Source: Macrotis lagotis
Lineage: Eukaryota
NCBI RefSeq assembly: GCF_037893015.1
Contig: NC_133661.1
Location: forward strand, 187,194,809 to 187,258,808
Direction of reading: 5' to 3'
DNA length: 64,000 nt
Shown here piece by piece: positions 13,881 through 27,312 of this stretch; the stretch's first letter is position 1, and the number at the start of each line of letters is the position of its first letter. The notes beneath the pieces are model-generated. The model ran no database searches, was not told the origin of the DNA, and saw nothing but the letters and a program-made list of their open reading frames with translations. Position numbers and translations under genes: made by a program.

Positions 13881-15194
13881 ACTGTCAGTGTTCCTGAAGG
13901 CTCTGCTCTATGGCCTCTTGTTTCCTTTTTCTATATACTCTCACTTATAACCTCTTCAGCTACCAATTGGTTCAATTATAATCTCTATATTTCCAGATCT
14001 ATATATCCAGATTTACTCCCTCTCCTGAATTTCAGGTCCACATCAACACTGACCTATTGGACATTTCAAAATGGATATTCCACAGACATCTCCAACTTAA
14101 CATCTCCAAATAGAACTGATTATCCATTCCCCAGAATGTATCTCTCTTCCAACCCTCTCTTTTACTGTTGAGAGCACTCCCGTCTCTCAAGAATCCTTGG
14201 TTCTCCACTTAGGGTCACCCCTGACTCCTCCCCTTTTCAGCTTACATGTCTTATCAGATGCTAAACCTAGCCACCTCCATCCTCACAATTCTCACCTAGA
14301 CCCCTTCTTCTCCAGTCACACATCTATCATCCAAAGTTAGAGTTCATTCTTTCTTACCTGGACTGTGGCACTGGAGCCCATTTTGGTCTACTGGATTCAC
14401 ATCTCTCCCTCTCTAATTCATCCACCACCAAAGTGACTGTCCTAAAGTGCAGATCTATCTATGATCCTAGGGGCTTCTGATTGCCTCTAGCATTCCAAAG
14501 AAACTCCTCTATTCAGCATTTAACACTTGTCTTAACCTGTCTCACCTGCCTTTCCAGCCTTCTTAAACCTCCCCCTCTCCATACTGATAGTATAGCTATA
14601 GCCACCTGCCTGCTGTTCACATACATGTTCCATCTCTGTTTTCCTTCCTTCTATTCTGAAGGGCTCCCATGCCTCACATATTCTCCCTTACCACCTCTGC
14701 TCTCTTGGAATCTCTAAGCTACCTTCAAGACTCCCCTCACATGGCCCTATACACATGCAGCCTTTCCTAGTCTCCCCATCCCTTCCCTCTCCCTATTCCA
14801 CATTTCAGCACCTTCCCCTCCCTCCAAGAATACAATTTATCTGCTCTATGTGATCTGTCTAAACCAGCAGATATTTAGCCAATCTCTTCCCTTTAGAATA
14901 TCAGCTCCTTGAGGGCCATGATGATTTAGCTTTTGTTTTGCTAGATTTTAGTGTCTATATAGTGACTTTTTAAGTGTCTGTTACAGAGTAGGTGCTTCAT
15001 AAATGCTTCCTGGTCAGTTGGTTTTCTTTAACTGTCATTCTTTGTGTCAAGAAAAAAATTCCTGGCTAGAAGTAATGTATCAGGAAATAACTAGTGTAAA
15101 AATAAAAGGTATCAATCAAAAAAGAAAAAGGGATAGTTATCTAGAGGCAGAAGGAGGAACCAATGAACTCCTACAAGGAAATTCTGATTATCTC

Positions 15195-15420
15195 AAACCC
15201 TAGACATGGAGTCAGAAGACTTGGGTTCAAATCTAGTCTTAGAACAATAATAAATGTATATCTCTAGGCAAATCACTTAACCTCTCTTTGTCTCAGTTTC
15301 CTCAATTGTACCATGGGGGATAAGAAGGGTACCTGCCTCTAGGGGTTGTTGTGAGCCTCAAGTGAGATGATATTTGTAAAAAACTCTTAATAGGGTACCT
15401 GGCACATAGCTCAAGATCAT
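15195..15420. repeat. MIR-type SINE.
   Basis: ggttcaaatc...caaatcacttaacctctc...tcagtttcctcaattgtaccatgggg...gttgttgtgag. Confidence 0.7.
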
Positions 15421-17640
15421 GACTTAGACTAATTTTTTTGCCTCTTAATTTTTTTTAACTTTATTTTTTCCAATTATATTCAAAGATAGTTTTCAACATT
15501 CATCTTTTTGTAAGATTTGAGTTTCACATTTTTCTGCCTCCCTCCCTTACCTACTCCCTCACCATGACACTGAGTAATCTAGTAAAGATTATACATGCAA
15601 TGAGGAAGAGAGGGAGGGATTATGCAAGGATACCAATGGGAAGATGGGAGATTAGACATCCTCTGGGTCTTTCAAAGATCACAGGTTCCTTTACAAATAG
15701 AAACTAAGGAGTTGTTTATCCTCTTCACTTTCTTCATCCCTAACCCCCAATTTCTTCCTCAATTGATAATCTATAGACAATATTTTGAAATATAGTTGTT
15801 TCTTTTACCTATCCAAACGCTATTCATGGTCATTGATTTGAATCAATTCAAAAGCTTAAATCAGGGTTTCATAATCTTTTTTTGTGTCAAGGCCTTCTTT
15901 AATAGTCTGATGAAGCCTATGGAGCCCTTCTTAAAATAATGTTTTTAAATAATCAAAGGATCATATCTATATTCAGTTAGAGTATAATATTTCACCAAGT
16001 TCATGAATCCTATGAACTCTATCAACATCCTTGATCCAGTGATTAAAATATGTTCTCATTTGGTTAAAGTATAAAGAGTAAAAATGGAATGGGGTGGTTT
16101 GGACTCCATTCTTACAAGTAGTATCAGAAATAAAGAGCAGGATGGGATCTTCAATGTCCTCCAATCAAATGCTCTCATTTTATAGATGAAGAAACTAAGC
16201 AAAAAATAGGAAGTGAACCTTGGCTAGAAGCAATGGAACTAGAGAGGAAAACACTTTTAAGGAGGAGTCCCCAGTAAGAGAAGAACTCTCTGAAGCCTGT
16301 AATTTTCTGAAGATTTTCCTAAAGGAAGCCAAACTGAATTTCTTTTCTCTGTCATGCCAAACTCTTACCTGGTGCCCAGGCATTTCTCTAAGAAAGTTTT
16401 TTTTTTCATCATTGACAGAAAAGATGTCTCAAATTTCCTTACAAGGTCTAGGAAACATTCTGGAATACTCCATGAATGAAGAAAGGGAAAAAAAGGGAAC
16501 TGATAAGGAAATATGTAAAAATGACTATAAAAGCAATGGACAAGATTCTGTCTCTTCTCAGATGGACTCCATTACTGACTTTCCCTTGACTTGCTGCCAG
16601 TCCTTTCCTATGCAGGTACCAGGTATGCCCATAGGCCTTGGAAATAAAATTGACAAGACCCTAAAACCAGCTTGATGTTATCCATATCCAAAGCAAGGGC
16701 TCTGAAACTGTACTGTCCCCAGTACTATGTGCACACTTCCCCAACTCCTTGCTGGGTTCTACCTTTACTTTGGGGAACAATATTTATTTAGGGAAAGAAG
16801 TATCGATCATAAATCTGTTTCAGGTAGAGGGTTCATGAAGAGGTACAAAGCCCTGGTTCAGCTTGATGATCAAAGAACTGCCTTTGACTTACCCCCTCAT
16901 GACCAAAGGTGATCAGTTGTCACAGGATCAGTCAATTAGAATTGGAAAGTTACTTAGAAGCCATTAAGTCCAATTCCCTCAGAAACAGAGAAAGACAGGA
17001 TAAGTGATTTGCCAAGGTCACATAAGTAGGAAGCTTCTAAGTGGTACTTAAAACACCTGTCTTTTTGACTACAAATCCAAGGCCCTACTCACTCTATCAT
17101 GGTCCCTTAATTAATTATGCTTACTCCCATAGCCACCAGATTCAGTCATCCTCAAAACTTTGGGACATTTGGTTTCCAATTCATCCTATAGTTTAGCTAG
17201 CTTCATATAGAAGGAAAATTGTATTTTGGATAGAGGAGATTAGATCAAGAGACTTCTACCTTTGCTCTTTGCCATTGTCAATACAGACTGAGACCCATCA
17301 GGGTGATAGATTAGCTGTGGATGTTATTCATGAAAAGGTTCTGATCCTGTAAGTATTTAAAGAGGTCTGGTCTCACCTTCAGATCAACCTCTACCATCAC
17401 ATTTGAAGATCCTGATGACCTGCCTGGTGTCCAAAGGATGCAACAATCTGAAAAATATGAGCTCAGGAATATATTAGCTATGTGACTCTGGGAAAGTTAC
17501 TTAATCCTGTTTGCTGCAGTTTCTTCATCCATAAAATGAACCAGAAAAGGAAATGGCAATATTCCAATATCTATTAAAAACAACTAAACATACATGAGCA
17601 CAATAAAGCAAAACATATTCCCATTCTGAATATACCTTTT

Positions 17641-17788
17641 TTTTTTTTAGGTTTTTGCAAGGCAAATGGGGTTAAGTGGCTTGCCCAAGGCCACACAGCT
17701 AGGTAATTATCAAGTGTCTGAGACCGGAGTTGAACCCAGGTACTCCTGAATCCAGGGCCAGTGCTTTATTCACTGCGCCACTCACCCA
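17641..17788 (-). mobile_element. tRNA-derived poly-A SINE.
   Basis: Reverse-orientation copy. TSD gaatatacctttt on both sides. Confidence 0.85.
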
Positions 17789-18015
17789 CCCACCCCCTGA
17801 ATATACCTTTTAATAATTAGAGTTCTCCCATGAGATGGGCCATTCCGCTAGAGAATTTTAAGCCAAGTCCTGTTGATTGCCTGTTGAAGATGCCCTTTGG
17901 AGGGCTCCTCCTACCAGGTCCAGTGAAACCCTGGCTCCAATATTTCTGTGCAGTCTCCACAAACCAACTTAAATATTATTAGCAAATATTTAAGGTTAAA
18001 ATAATGATCAAATAT

Positions 18016-18158
18016 GGGGCAGCTAGGTGGCGTAGTGGATAAAGCACTGGCCCTGGAGTCAGGAGTACTTGGGTTCAAATCCGGTCTCAGACACTTGATA
18101 ATTACCTAGCTGTGTGGCCTTGGGCAAGCCACTTAACCCCGTTTGCCTTGCAAAAAAA
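18016..18158 (+). mobile_element. tRNA-derived poly-A SINE.
   Basis: TSD aataatgatcaaata. Confidence 0.85.
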
Positions 18159-18540
18159 TAATGATCAAATAAATGTTTCAAAATAAGCAGCTCCTAGAGT
18201 TGGCTCAGCTTTCCCTCTTCTAGATTAAAGCTCCATACCACACCCTCACTTTCTTATAATTTAATGAAGTCTAATTTTGTTTCCAGCTAACATCAAGAAA
18301 TGAAAGAAAAGGAGGGTAGTTCCCCAAAACTCAGATTCAAAAGGGATTGAAAAGAACCCCTCCAGGACTGCTCACCAGATAGCAAGTGGGGAAAAAAAAA
18401 GTGGGAGAGCCTGGAAACAGCTTTAAGGAGAAATGGAAGCACCTGTTTGTCTGGTTAGTCTAAGTTAAAGGTCCATCATTCTCTTATCTGAAAAAGGTGT
18501 TAGAATTATGTACATTTCTGTTTCTTCTAGAACAAATTCT

Positions 18541-18686
18541 TTTTTTTTTTTGCAAGGCAGTGGGGTTAAGTGGCTTGCCCAAGGCCACACAGCTAGGTAA
18601 TTATTAAGTGTCTGAGGTCTGATTTGAACTCAGGTATTCCTGACTCCAGGGCCAGTGCTCTATCCACTGTACCACCTAGCTGCCCC
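18541..18686 (-). mobile_element. tRNA-derived poly-A SINE.
   Basis: TSD tagaacaaattct. Confidence 0.85.
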
Positions 18687-19744
18687 TAGAACAAATTCTT
18701 AATCTTTTGCAGGGTATAGAGAAACTCTTTAACAGTCTAATGAGTCCTGTGAACCTTAAATAAAACACACTGGATTTCAAAAAAAAAATCTATTTAAATA
18801 GTTACTAAAATTTTTTTTAAAAAGAAAATCAAGGAATAAATACCCTGTCTAGAGTTTGTGATATTTTTAAACTTTTTTAGAAAAAAGCAGACTAAGATTT
18901 TTTTTGGGGGGGGCGCAAAGTCTGCTTAACAAAATCAGGCCATTTAAACAAACTGAACATCAACCTTATGATGCATCAGAATAAATCAATCCATTTTTAT
19001 AACCTTAAAAGACTACTTTTATGTAGGGCTAAAAAACCCTAACTTGGGAACACATTAAGTCGTTCAAGCTGTTCACCAGATGGTCAAATATTGAAGCTGA
19101 AGCTTAAATAATTTGACCACAAATAAGAAGAGAGGACTCACCAGACAAGAACCTAATATTGGGATCTTTGCCCCAAGCAGCCAAAATAATCTTTCTAAAC
19201 ATTGTTGTGATGGGAGAGGAAGGTAAGTAAACAAACTCACAAAGTAGATATTAAGCAAAAACCCAGATGACCTAAAATTACAACACAGAATAGAATCTAG
19301 ATTTGCCCCTAAGACCCAGATCAAGAACTAAAACTAGAGAAATGAGTCAATTGTAGAAGATACTAACCACTATAAAGAATTTCTATAGATTTAAAAATGC
19401 TCTAAAATCTAGACAATAAGGAAAGGGGAAAGCAAAGGCTCAAAGGGAAAAAAAAAAAGAATTATCCACAAATACTTTGTGCATACTTAGAATCAATGAA
19501 GAGGTGAAAATTCAAATAAAAGACTTGGAGGAAAAAAAATGGGAGAATAATAAATAAATTAGGACAGAAAGTGTAACACCTTCCCAAGTCAAGAGCTCCT
19601 ATTACCTTAAAATAAAGATTTTTCAGCTTGGCATTAGAGACCCTTCTCAATCTGGTCCCAATCTGCCTTTTTTGAAATTACTTCACAAAATTTCATTTCA
19701 TGTACCTTACATCCCTTCAAAATTGGCTTCCTTGCTGGTCCCTC

Positions 19745-20048
19745 TGTTGGGAACTGTTGTGTATGGGAGTATTGTGAATTATCTTCACTTGGTGTCCTTG
19801 AACACCAATTCTTATCTTACTAGGTGTCATGGGAGTGTATTAGAGACTGGAAAGGTATTTAGGCACTGACGTTTTGGTGAATAAATGGAGCACTTGGAGA
19901 TCTTGATGGAGTACTTGTCTCCCTTGTTATCCTTGTCTCCTGCCCCTCCAATACTCTCCTGGGGAAGATTGAGGGAGTGCAGAAGTGGGACTCAACATAA
20001 GAGTCCAGGAAAGGAACTCAACATATGGTGTCCAACAGGGACTAAACA
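19745..20048 (+). repeat. ERV 5' LTR (starts TGTTGGG..., ends ...AAACA).
   Basis: Homologous to 22085-22370. Followed by TA and then the PBS. Confidence 0.7.
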
Positions 20049-20050
20049 TA

Positions 20051-20068
20051 TGGCACCCATAAAGGGAC
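20051..20068 (+). promoter_or_regulatory. ERV primer-binding site tggcacccataaagggac (tRNA-Lys3-like).
   Basis: 14/18 match to TGGCGCCCGAACAGGGAC, 2 nt after the LTR end. Confidence 0.55.
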
Positions 20069-20984
20069 AATAAAGGTGAATTTATCTGAGTGAAGTCCAG
20101 GATAAGGACCAGCAGATACAAGCAAGGAAAAATTCCAAGTGACATCTGAAAGACTTCAGAGAAGGTAACAAGTTTACCATGGGACTGATGTTAAGGAAGT
20201 TGGTACAAGGAGGTGTGGAGGAAAGCCAAGGTAAAGAGAAAGTGTATTCACATCCATGGCCTGAAGCAGAAGAAATAAAGAATTATTATCAAGAAAAGCC
20301 TAGGATCAACCTACAGCACCTAAAGAAGAGACTTCAGCAGTACAAAAGGCCATCAAAAAAGCAAAAGTTCAGGGAGACAGTTTGATGGACCTAGGAGCTG
20401 AGTTTCAGTCATATCCTGTTATTGAGGAGCCAGATCCTTTTAATCCAGGAAACCTTAGGCGAAGACATAAGCCACTAGATATAAAAGTAGCCAGAGATTT
20501 TTAAAAAGGCAGTGGGGGGAAAACAGGCCAAGATCACCTTTTGTCCAGCTACAATTGGATACTCTTGCATACTCCATATTAACACCTAATGATTGGAAGC
20601 AGATAGAGCATGTTTGTCACCTGAGCAATCTGTTTTTTGGATGATGGAGTTTATAAAATAATGTAGACAGATAGCTTTGAGGCATGCAAAAGGTCCCAAT
20701 GCCACCACATATTATGAACAATTAAGTGGCACAGGTCAATTTTTCAACAATGCAGAACAACTATATTGTGGGTTAGAGACACATGAAAGAATTGCTACCT
20801 GTGTAAAAGAATGCTTGGGGATGTATTCCAATACAAAATGATAAGAAAGAATCATTTGCACTTATTAGACAAAGAAATGACTAGGCTTTTGTAGATTTCT
20901 TTGCCTGGTTACAGGAGGCAGGAGGAAGAACTTTAGGAGCTATAGTAGGAATAGATGTTCAAAAACTTTTGTGCAGAATTTGCT

Positions 20985-21420
20985 ATCGCACATATTATTG
21001 GAATTCCTTACAATCCACAGGGGCAAGGGGTGGTGGAAAGAATGAATAGGATGCTTAAAATGGTGTTTCAAAAACAAAAAAGGGGGAATACATGATATGC
21101 CTGCCAATAGACTGAATTATGCAACTTATGCCATAATTTTTTTAAAATTTGATTCCAATTGGCTTACTCCAGCTATGAAATTTTGGGGAATTGAACAGTA
21201 CAAATGAATTAAGTGGGTATTTCAAGAGAGTCAGCATGAATACCCCATGCAAGAAAAAGTAATGTGGAAAGATAGGGAAGGAAAATGGAAAGGACCTGAC
21301 CAGGGTCAGGATGTGTTTGTATTTCCACAGGAGATGGAAAAATCTAGGTTCCTGAAAGGAATGTCCACATTATCAGTGAAGGAGAGAACTAACATCATTA
21401 GGAAGAAAACTTTTTTCTAG
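20985..21420 (+). pseudogene. ERV pol integrase C-terminal remnant (HIIGIPYNPQGQGVVERMNRMLKMVFQKQK...).
   Basis: GIPYNPQGQ.VVER.N motif of the retroviral integrase catalytic core. The frame is broken by stops. Confidence 0.7.
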
Positions 21421-21535
21421 GATTGGGAAATTTAGATTTTTGTCTTTCGAATGAAGCCTGTGCTTATAGCTAATATTTTGGTGTGTTATGTGTGTATATT
21501 TGTATTTAAACATCTATAGGACATTTTTTCTTTTT

Positions 21536-21683
21536 TTAGGTTTTTTTTGCAAGGCAAACGGGGTTAAGTGGCTTGCCCAAGGCCACACAGCTAGGTAATT
21601 ATTAAGTGTCTGAGACCAGATTTGAACCCAGGTACTCCTGACTCCAAGGCCGTGCTTTATCTACTGCGCCACCTAGCCGACCC
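21536..21683 (-). mobile_element. tRNA-derived poly-A SINE inserted inside the ERV internal region.
   Basis: TSD tctataggacatttt. Confidence 0.85.
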
Positions 21684-22065
21684 TCTATAGGACATTTTAC
21701 ATCTGCCTGGAGAGGTGAGAAAATGTTTCTATATTCTGAGATCTGGTACTGACCAGAGTATCAGTCTCAGATTGGTAAATGTGATACAAGAGAGTTGTTT
21801 CTATGTTTGTGTCTAAACTCAGTGTGTGTGTAATTCAGATCTAAAATAGTTAGGTAAAGTTAAATGTTACTCCTTTTAGTTTGGGTTTTGAATTTAATTG
21901 TTTTGAAAGGTTTTTTGTTGGTAAAAGAAAAAACTTTGTAATCTTTGTAAATTGGGGTTATAATGTATTTCAAGGAATTGGGGAATATTGGTTTTTATTG
22001 TGTATACTATTTTTGAACTTTTGTTTACAATTTATGTGGCATTCACTATCTAATAATTTTGTTTC

Positions 22066-22082
22066 AAAAACAAGAAGGGGGA
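22066..22082 (+). promoter_or_regulatory. ERV polypurine tract aaaaacaagaaggggga immediately 5' of the 3' LTR.
   Basis: Purine run ending 2 nt before TGTTGGG at 22085. Confidence 0.6.
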
Positions 22083-22084
22083 TA

Positions 22085-22370
22085 TGTTGGGAACCATTAT
22101 ATATGGGAATATTGTGAATCATCTTCACCTGGTGTCCTTGAACACTGGAGTCTTACCTTACTAAGTGCCATGGGAGTGGATAGAGACTGGAAAGGTATTT
22201 AGGCATAGGTGTTTTGGTGAATATACGGAGCACTTGGAGATCTTGATGGAGTACTTGTCTCCCTTGTTATCCTTGTCTCCTGCCCCTCCAATGCTCTCCT
22301 GGGGAAGATTGAGGGAGTACAGAAGTGGGACTCAACATAAGAGTTCAGGAAAGGGACTCAACATCCCTCA
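22085..22370 (+). repeat. ERV 3' LTR (3' end truncated or diverged).
   Basis: Aligns with 19745-20030. Confidence 0.7.
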
Positions 22371-22550
22371 ATTTGTCATTCCATCCTCATCCTATCCTAC
22401 ACCTCTATAATTTTATACTAGCTGATCTTTCAGGAGATCCCTAGCTTTATTCAAAGTTCAGTTCATATTTTATTTCTTATAGGAAATCTTTCCTGATGTC
22501 CCTAGTATTCTCTCTCTTTACAAATTATGTTACAAATGTGGCTATTTTAG

Positions 22551-22712
22551 GGGCGGCTGGGTGGCACAGTGGATAGAGCACCGGCCCTGGAGTCAGGAGT
22601 ACCTGGGTTCAAATCTGGCCTCAGACACTTAATAATTACCTAGCTGTGTGACCTTGGGCAAGCCACTTAACCCCATTTGCCTTGCAAAATCCTAAAAAAA
22701 AAACCAAACAAA
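22551..22712 (+). mobile_element. tRNA-derived poly-A SINE.
   Basis: TSD tggctatttta. Confidence 0.85.
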
Positions 22713-23169
22713 TTTGGCTATTTTATATATTCAACATAATACAGAATCAAAAGTCACTGTTTATTCTATTACAGTTGAAAACTACACTAAACTTTTGGGA
22801 TACCCAGTATAAGAAGTTTGAGTGTGGAGACTGTTTTTGTTATGTTTTGCATAATATTTTTAGTATATAAAGAGTTTTTGATAAGGGGATTCTGATTAAT
22901 CTGAGGAGCACCTTTTTGGGAATTTGGAGAGAGTTGCCTGAGGCACTGAAAGGTTGAATGATATGTCTAGGGTAACATAAACATTATAAACATAATATAT
23001 AAACATAAATATAAACATAAACATTATAAATCACAGGTAGGCTTTGATCTTTCTGACTTTGGAGGGTAGCAAGGTTCATCATCCCTTATAGCATATATTT
23101 CTACCATATGTTATGTAAGTGTTTTATGCATAATGAGTATATAATAAATGTTTGTGAGATTGGCTTAGA

Positions 23170-23340
23170 GTTTTATGGCAAGGAAATATTAGGAAGACCT
23201 AAGTTCAAATCAAACCTCAAATATTTATGAGTTATCTATGACCCTGGGCAAATCACTTAACCTCCATTTGCCTTAATTTCCTCATCTGTACAATGTACAA
23301 AGTCACAGGTTGCTTTCATCTGACAGTTCTCTCTAAAGTA
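23170..23340. repeat. MIR-type SINE.
   Basis: gggcaaatcacttaacctcc...ttcctcatctgtacaatg. Confidence 0.65.
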
Positions 23341-24319
23341 ATTATCTATTCAATGTCATTCAAATTAAATTACCAAAAAAAAGTATTTCATTGAGATAGA
23401 AAAAAATAATAAAAGTTATTTGGAAGAACAAAAGATCAAGAATATCAAAGGAATTAATGAAAAAAAAAGGAAAAAGGCTTAGTAGTACCAGATCTTAAAC
23501 TCTATTATAAGGCAGTGATTATCAAAACTATCTGGTATTAGCTAAAAATTAGAAAAGTGGATCACTGGAATAGAGTAGAGTTTGTTGCATGGGTTGACTC
23601 TTTCTTTATTTGAACACTTTAGAGACCCTTGTAGGTTTATTAATTGCCCTAATTTCAATATTGTTGTGTCTCAGGGAATTAGGGAGGCCCAAGTGAATAG
23701 AGCTATCAGAACACACACACATTTATTAAGTGGGTGTGGTTCATGGCAACCCAAAATAATATAATAGTAACATCAAAGACCACATATTATCTTAACAGGT
23801 GTGATGATAATGAGAAAGTCTGAAATACTGTGAGAATTATCAAAATATGACACAGAAACATGATATGAACACATGCTGTTGGATGAAGGATGGACCCAGA
23901 CTTTCAATTTGCAAAAAATGCAGTATCAGCAATTTATAATAAGATGAGGTATGTCTGTATTCAACAAGATTACTCAATAGGAATTTTGTTATAAGAAGTT
24001 ATATTTAAGGGTAAATGATAAGTATAAAAACAAAAGACAACAATAAAACTTTAAAAAAATAAATCCAAGTTGCTCTTCTACAGATAAGTAATAGACTCAA
24101 AGCACAGAATGAGACAAATTTTTGAACATGGTGAATGTAAGAATTTTTGTTATTTGACTATATGTTTCTATAATACATATAAATATATTTATAATATATA
24201 ATAAAATGTCACAAAGGTTTATTTTGTTTTTTGATTTTTTTCCCCAATAAGAAGAGGAGGAAGGAGGGAGATAAAAATATATTTTTGTTAATAGAAAAAT
24301 TAAATTTAAAAAGAATTGC

Positions 24320-24466
24320 AGGGCAGCTAGGTGGTGCAGTGGATAGAACACCAACCCTGGAGTCAGGAAGACCTGAGTCCAAATCCAGCCTCAGACACTT
24401 AATCATTACCTAGCTGTGTGACCTTGGGCAAGTCACATAACCCCATTGCCTTGTAAAAAAAAATAA
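24320..24466 (+). mobile_element. tRNA-derived poly-A SINE.
   Basis: TSD aaatttaaaaa. Confidence 0.8.
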
Positions 24467-24748
24467 AAAATAAATTTAAAAAATGCAAATTGAAGCATCA
24501 AAGAATGAAATGGAAGAAATACCAAGTGATAAGTTAAATCAGATATTAAATATATTAAAGAACATGACAAGTGAATTTAATTCAGTTTTCAAAAAAGGAA
24601 AGGAGAAACAATTAAGAAAATTATGACATTCCAAAATTAAATGAAAACAGCAAAGGCAAAGACAATAAAAATAGCTAGCATTTACATTACCTGATACATA
24701 TATGATTATGTAATTATATACTTATATTTTATCCTTAAAAACAACTCA

Positions 24749-24916
24749 GGGGCAGCTAGGTGGCGTAGTGGATAAAGCACCAGCCCTGGAGTCAGGAGTA
24801 CCTGGGTTCAAATCCGGTCTCAGACACTTAATAATTACCTAGCTGTGTGGCCTTGGGCAAGCCACTTAACCCCATTTGCCTTGCAAAAACTAAAAAAAAC
24901 AAAACAAAACAAAAAA
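24749..24916 (+). mobile_element. tRNA-derived poly-A SINE.
   Basis: Flanks aaaacaactcagg and aaaaactcagg. Confidence 0.85.
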
Positions 24917-26216
24917 CTCAGGAATGTAGGTGATATTATTATAATACCCATTTTACAGATTAGAAAACTGAGGCAGATAGGTTAAGTGACTTCCCCAAGG
25001 ACACAAGTAACAGAATAGATGAAGTTGAACAAAGATCAAAAAATAATGAAAATTAATTTGAAAAATAGACCCAAAATGTAATAGAAATGGAAAAGTAGCT
25101 ATTAAATAAACAGAATAAAATGACAGATTTGGAAGAAAAATCAAGAAGTTACAAACATAAGAAAAACTGGAATCCAATAAGACATCAAATAATGTTTTAA
25201 AAGTTAGAAACTATAGTTAAAGGAAAACTGCAGAATGACAGGATCAGGTATAATTCTGCAGAGAATATTGAAACATAATAATTCAGTAGATGGGGAAGGG
25301 AAATAAGAGAAAGAGAAAATAAATACTTTTTATTGGAAAAAATAAATTTCAATAAGAAAACAAAGTTTATATAAGAATACCGATGAAGAAATCTAAACTG
25401 TGGACAGGCAATGCACATAACTATGAAAATACAAAATTACAAAGGCAAAAATTCTCCAAGCATAAAAAAAATTAGATTACATTTTTGAAAATAAATTTTT
25501 GGTGATTCCTTAATTTGACAAACATCAACAAACATGAGCAATTCCAAATACCAAGAAGAAGAGAAAGAAGAATGTACATGTGAAACCCAACATGAGATTA
25601 TATATTTAAAACTTAGAATTAAAGTAACAAGTAATTCAAAAAATACAAAAGAAAGTACTATTATTGAACATAAACATACAAAAGCACTGTAGAAATAGGA
25701 TTACAATCCCATATCATAAAACTTGGAAACAAGATTGTATTGACTGAGAAACTTTTAAAAATCATTAAAAAAACAAAATGAATTTAATAGCAGTAATAAT
25801 TAAAGAAATTCCTACAAGTTGCAGAGGAGGAATTCCAAATTACCTGAGTGATAAATGCATGATAAAAAATAATTATGTGCTTTACCTGTGATTAATTATA
25901 ATTATAATTTGGGAAATGTATGGCTGGATATAGCAATATTTATATGTGGAAAATGAATGGAAAAGAAAAATCATGATTCTATAAGACAATAGAAAATATT
26001 TTAAAAGTTTGATACTATATTTAAAGGGAAAAAACTTTCCCAAATGACAAGACCAGGTATTATTCTGCAGAGAGAATACTGACACATATGAAGAATTCAG
26101 TAGATGGGGAAGAAAAAGGGAGAGAAAATAAATGCTTGTTATTTGAAAAAATAAATTTTAATAAGATAACAAAGTTTATATAAAAATGTGTCCATAATAT
26201 CCATTCTTTTTTCTAA

Positions 26217-26362
26217 GGGGTTTTTTTTTGGATTTTTTTTTTGTAAGGCAATGGGGTTGTGACTTGCCCAAGGTCACACAGGTAAGTATTAAGCATCTGA
26301 GGCTGGACTTGAACTCAGGTCCTCCTCACTCCAGGGCCAGTTCTCTATTCACTGAATCACCA
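26217..26362 (-). mobile_element. tRNA-derived SINE, 5'-truncated.
   Basis: Family body with a poly-T lead. The head is missing. Confidence 0.7.
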
Positions 26363-27158
26363 ATGTTTTATATGTCCATATATAAACATAAAATATCATG
26401 TCAGAAGAGGAGACAGTGTTACTGGGCTAATTGGATCTTTGTCGGTTCTGACATGGAACAGACCTTATGGATGGGTTAGAGAATCATAAGGTAATCAATG
26501 GCACCTTTATGTACAAATGTGATTGTTTGACCATCAAAAGTTTTATGATTTTTCTGAGTTCATTTGGTATAAATTGCCCCAAAATTTTGTATCACTGTTG
26601 GCATTTATAAGGATGCCATCCACCCATGGATTTTGGTAAGATCCTAGAGAGTCAGGAGGGGTATGCTATAGGGGAGTATGGACCAGGTCATGAAGGTCTT
26701 TAAAAGCCATTGGATCTTAGAGGTGATAGGGAGCAATTAGGGCTTATTGAATAGAAGGATTTGCTTTAGAAAAACCACTTTGGCAGATAAATAGAAAATG
26801 GATTAGAATGGGAAAAGGATTAAGGCAAGATCTGAGTGAACAAAACAAAACAAACAAATAAACAAAAAAGAATTAAGGCAAGGGGAACAACCAGAAGGCT
26901 TTTGCATTAGGGCAGTTGTGAGGTGCCAAGGGCTTGTTCTAGAAAAGCAAGTGTGTGAATGAAGAAAAGGGAATGCATTAGAGATGTGAAGGTAGAAATA
27001 ATAAGACTCAGAAACAAATTAGATATGTGGCTCAGTGTAAGGAATCAAGGATAACAACAAAGCTGTGAGTCTGAGTAGGACTGAGAAGAGACAGTTGTCC
27101 TCGACAGAACTAGAGAAGCTGGGGAAAGAGATCAGGAGAAAAGATGATGAGTTCTGTT

Positions 27159-27312
27159 TTTTTTTTTTAGGTTTTTGCAAGGCAAACGGGGTTAAGTGAC
27201 TTGCCCAAGGCCACACAGCTAGGTAATTATTAAATGTCTGAGACTGGATTTGAATCCAGGTACTCCTGACTCCAAGGCCAATGCTTTATCCACTACGCCA
27301 CCTAGCCACCCC
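27159..27312 (-). mobile_element. tRNA-derived poly-A SINE.
   Basis: TSD agttctgtttt. Confidence 0.85.

Larger units (their letters stand above)
19745..22370 (+). mobile_element. Heavily deleted endogenous retrovirus provirus (betaretrovirus/ERVK-like), about 2.6 kb.
   Basis: Two LTR copies share about 285 bp at ~88% identity. PBS follows the 5' LTR. PPT precedes the 3' LTR. Internal pol integrase remnant present. Confidence 0.8.

Noticed and set aside
16220-16675. 151-aa plus-strand ORF
   Set aside because: It overlaps MIR-type repeat sequence and low-complexity A-rich DNA. There are no splice signals or homology.
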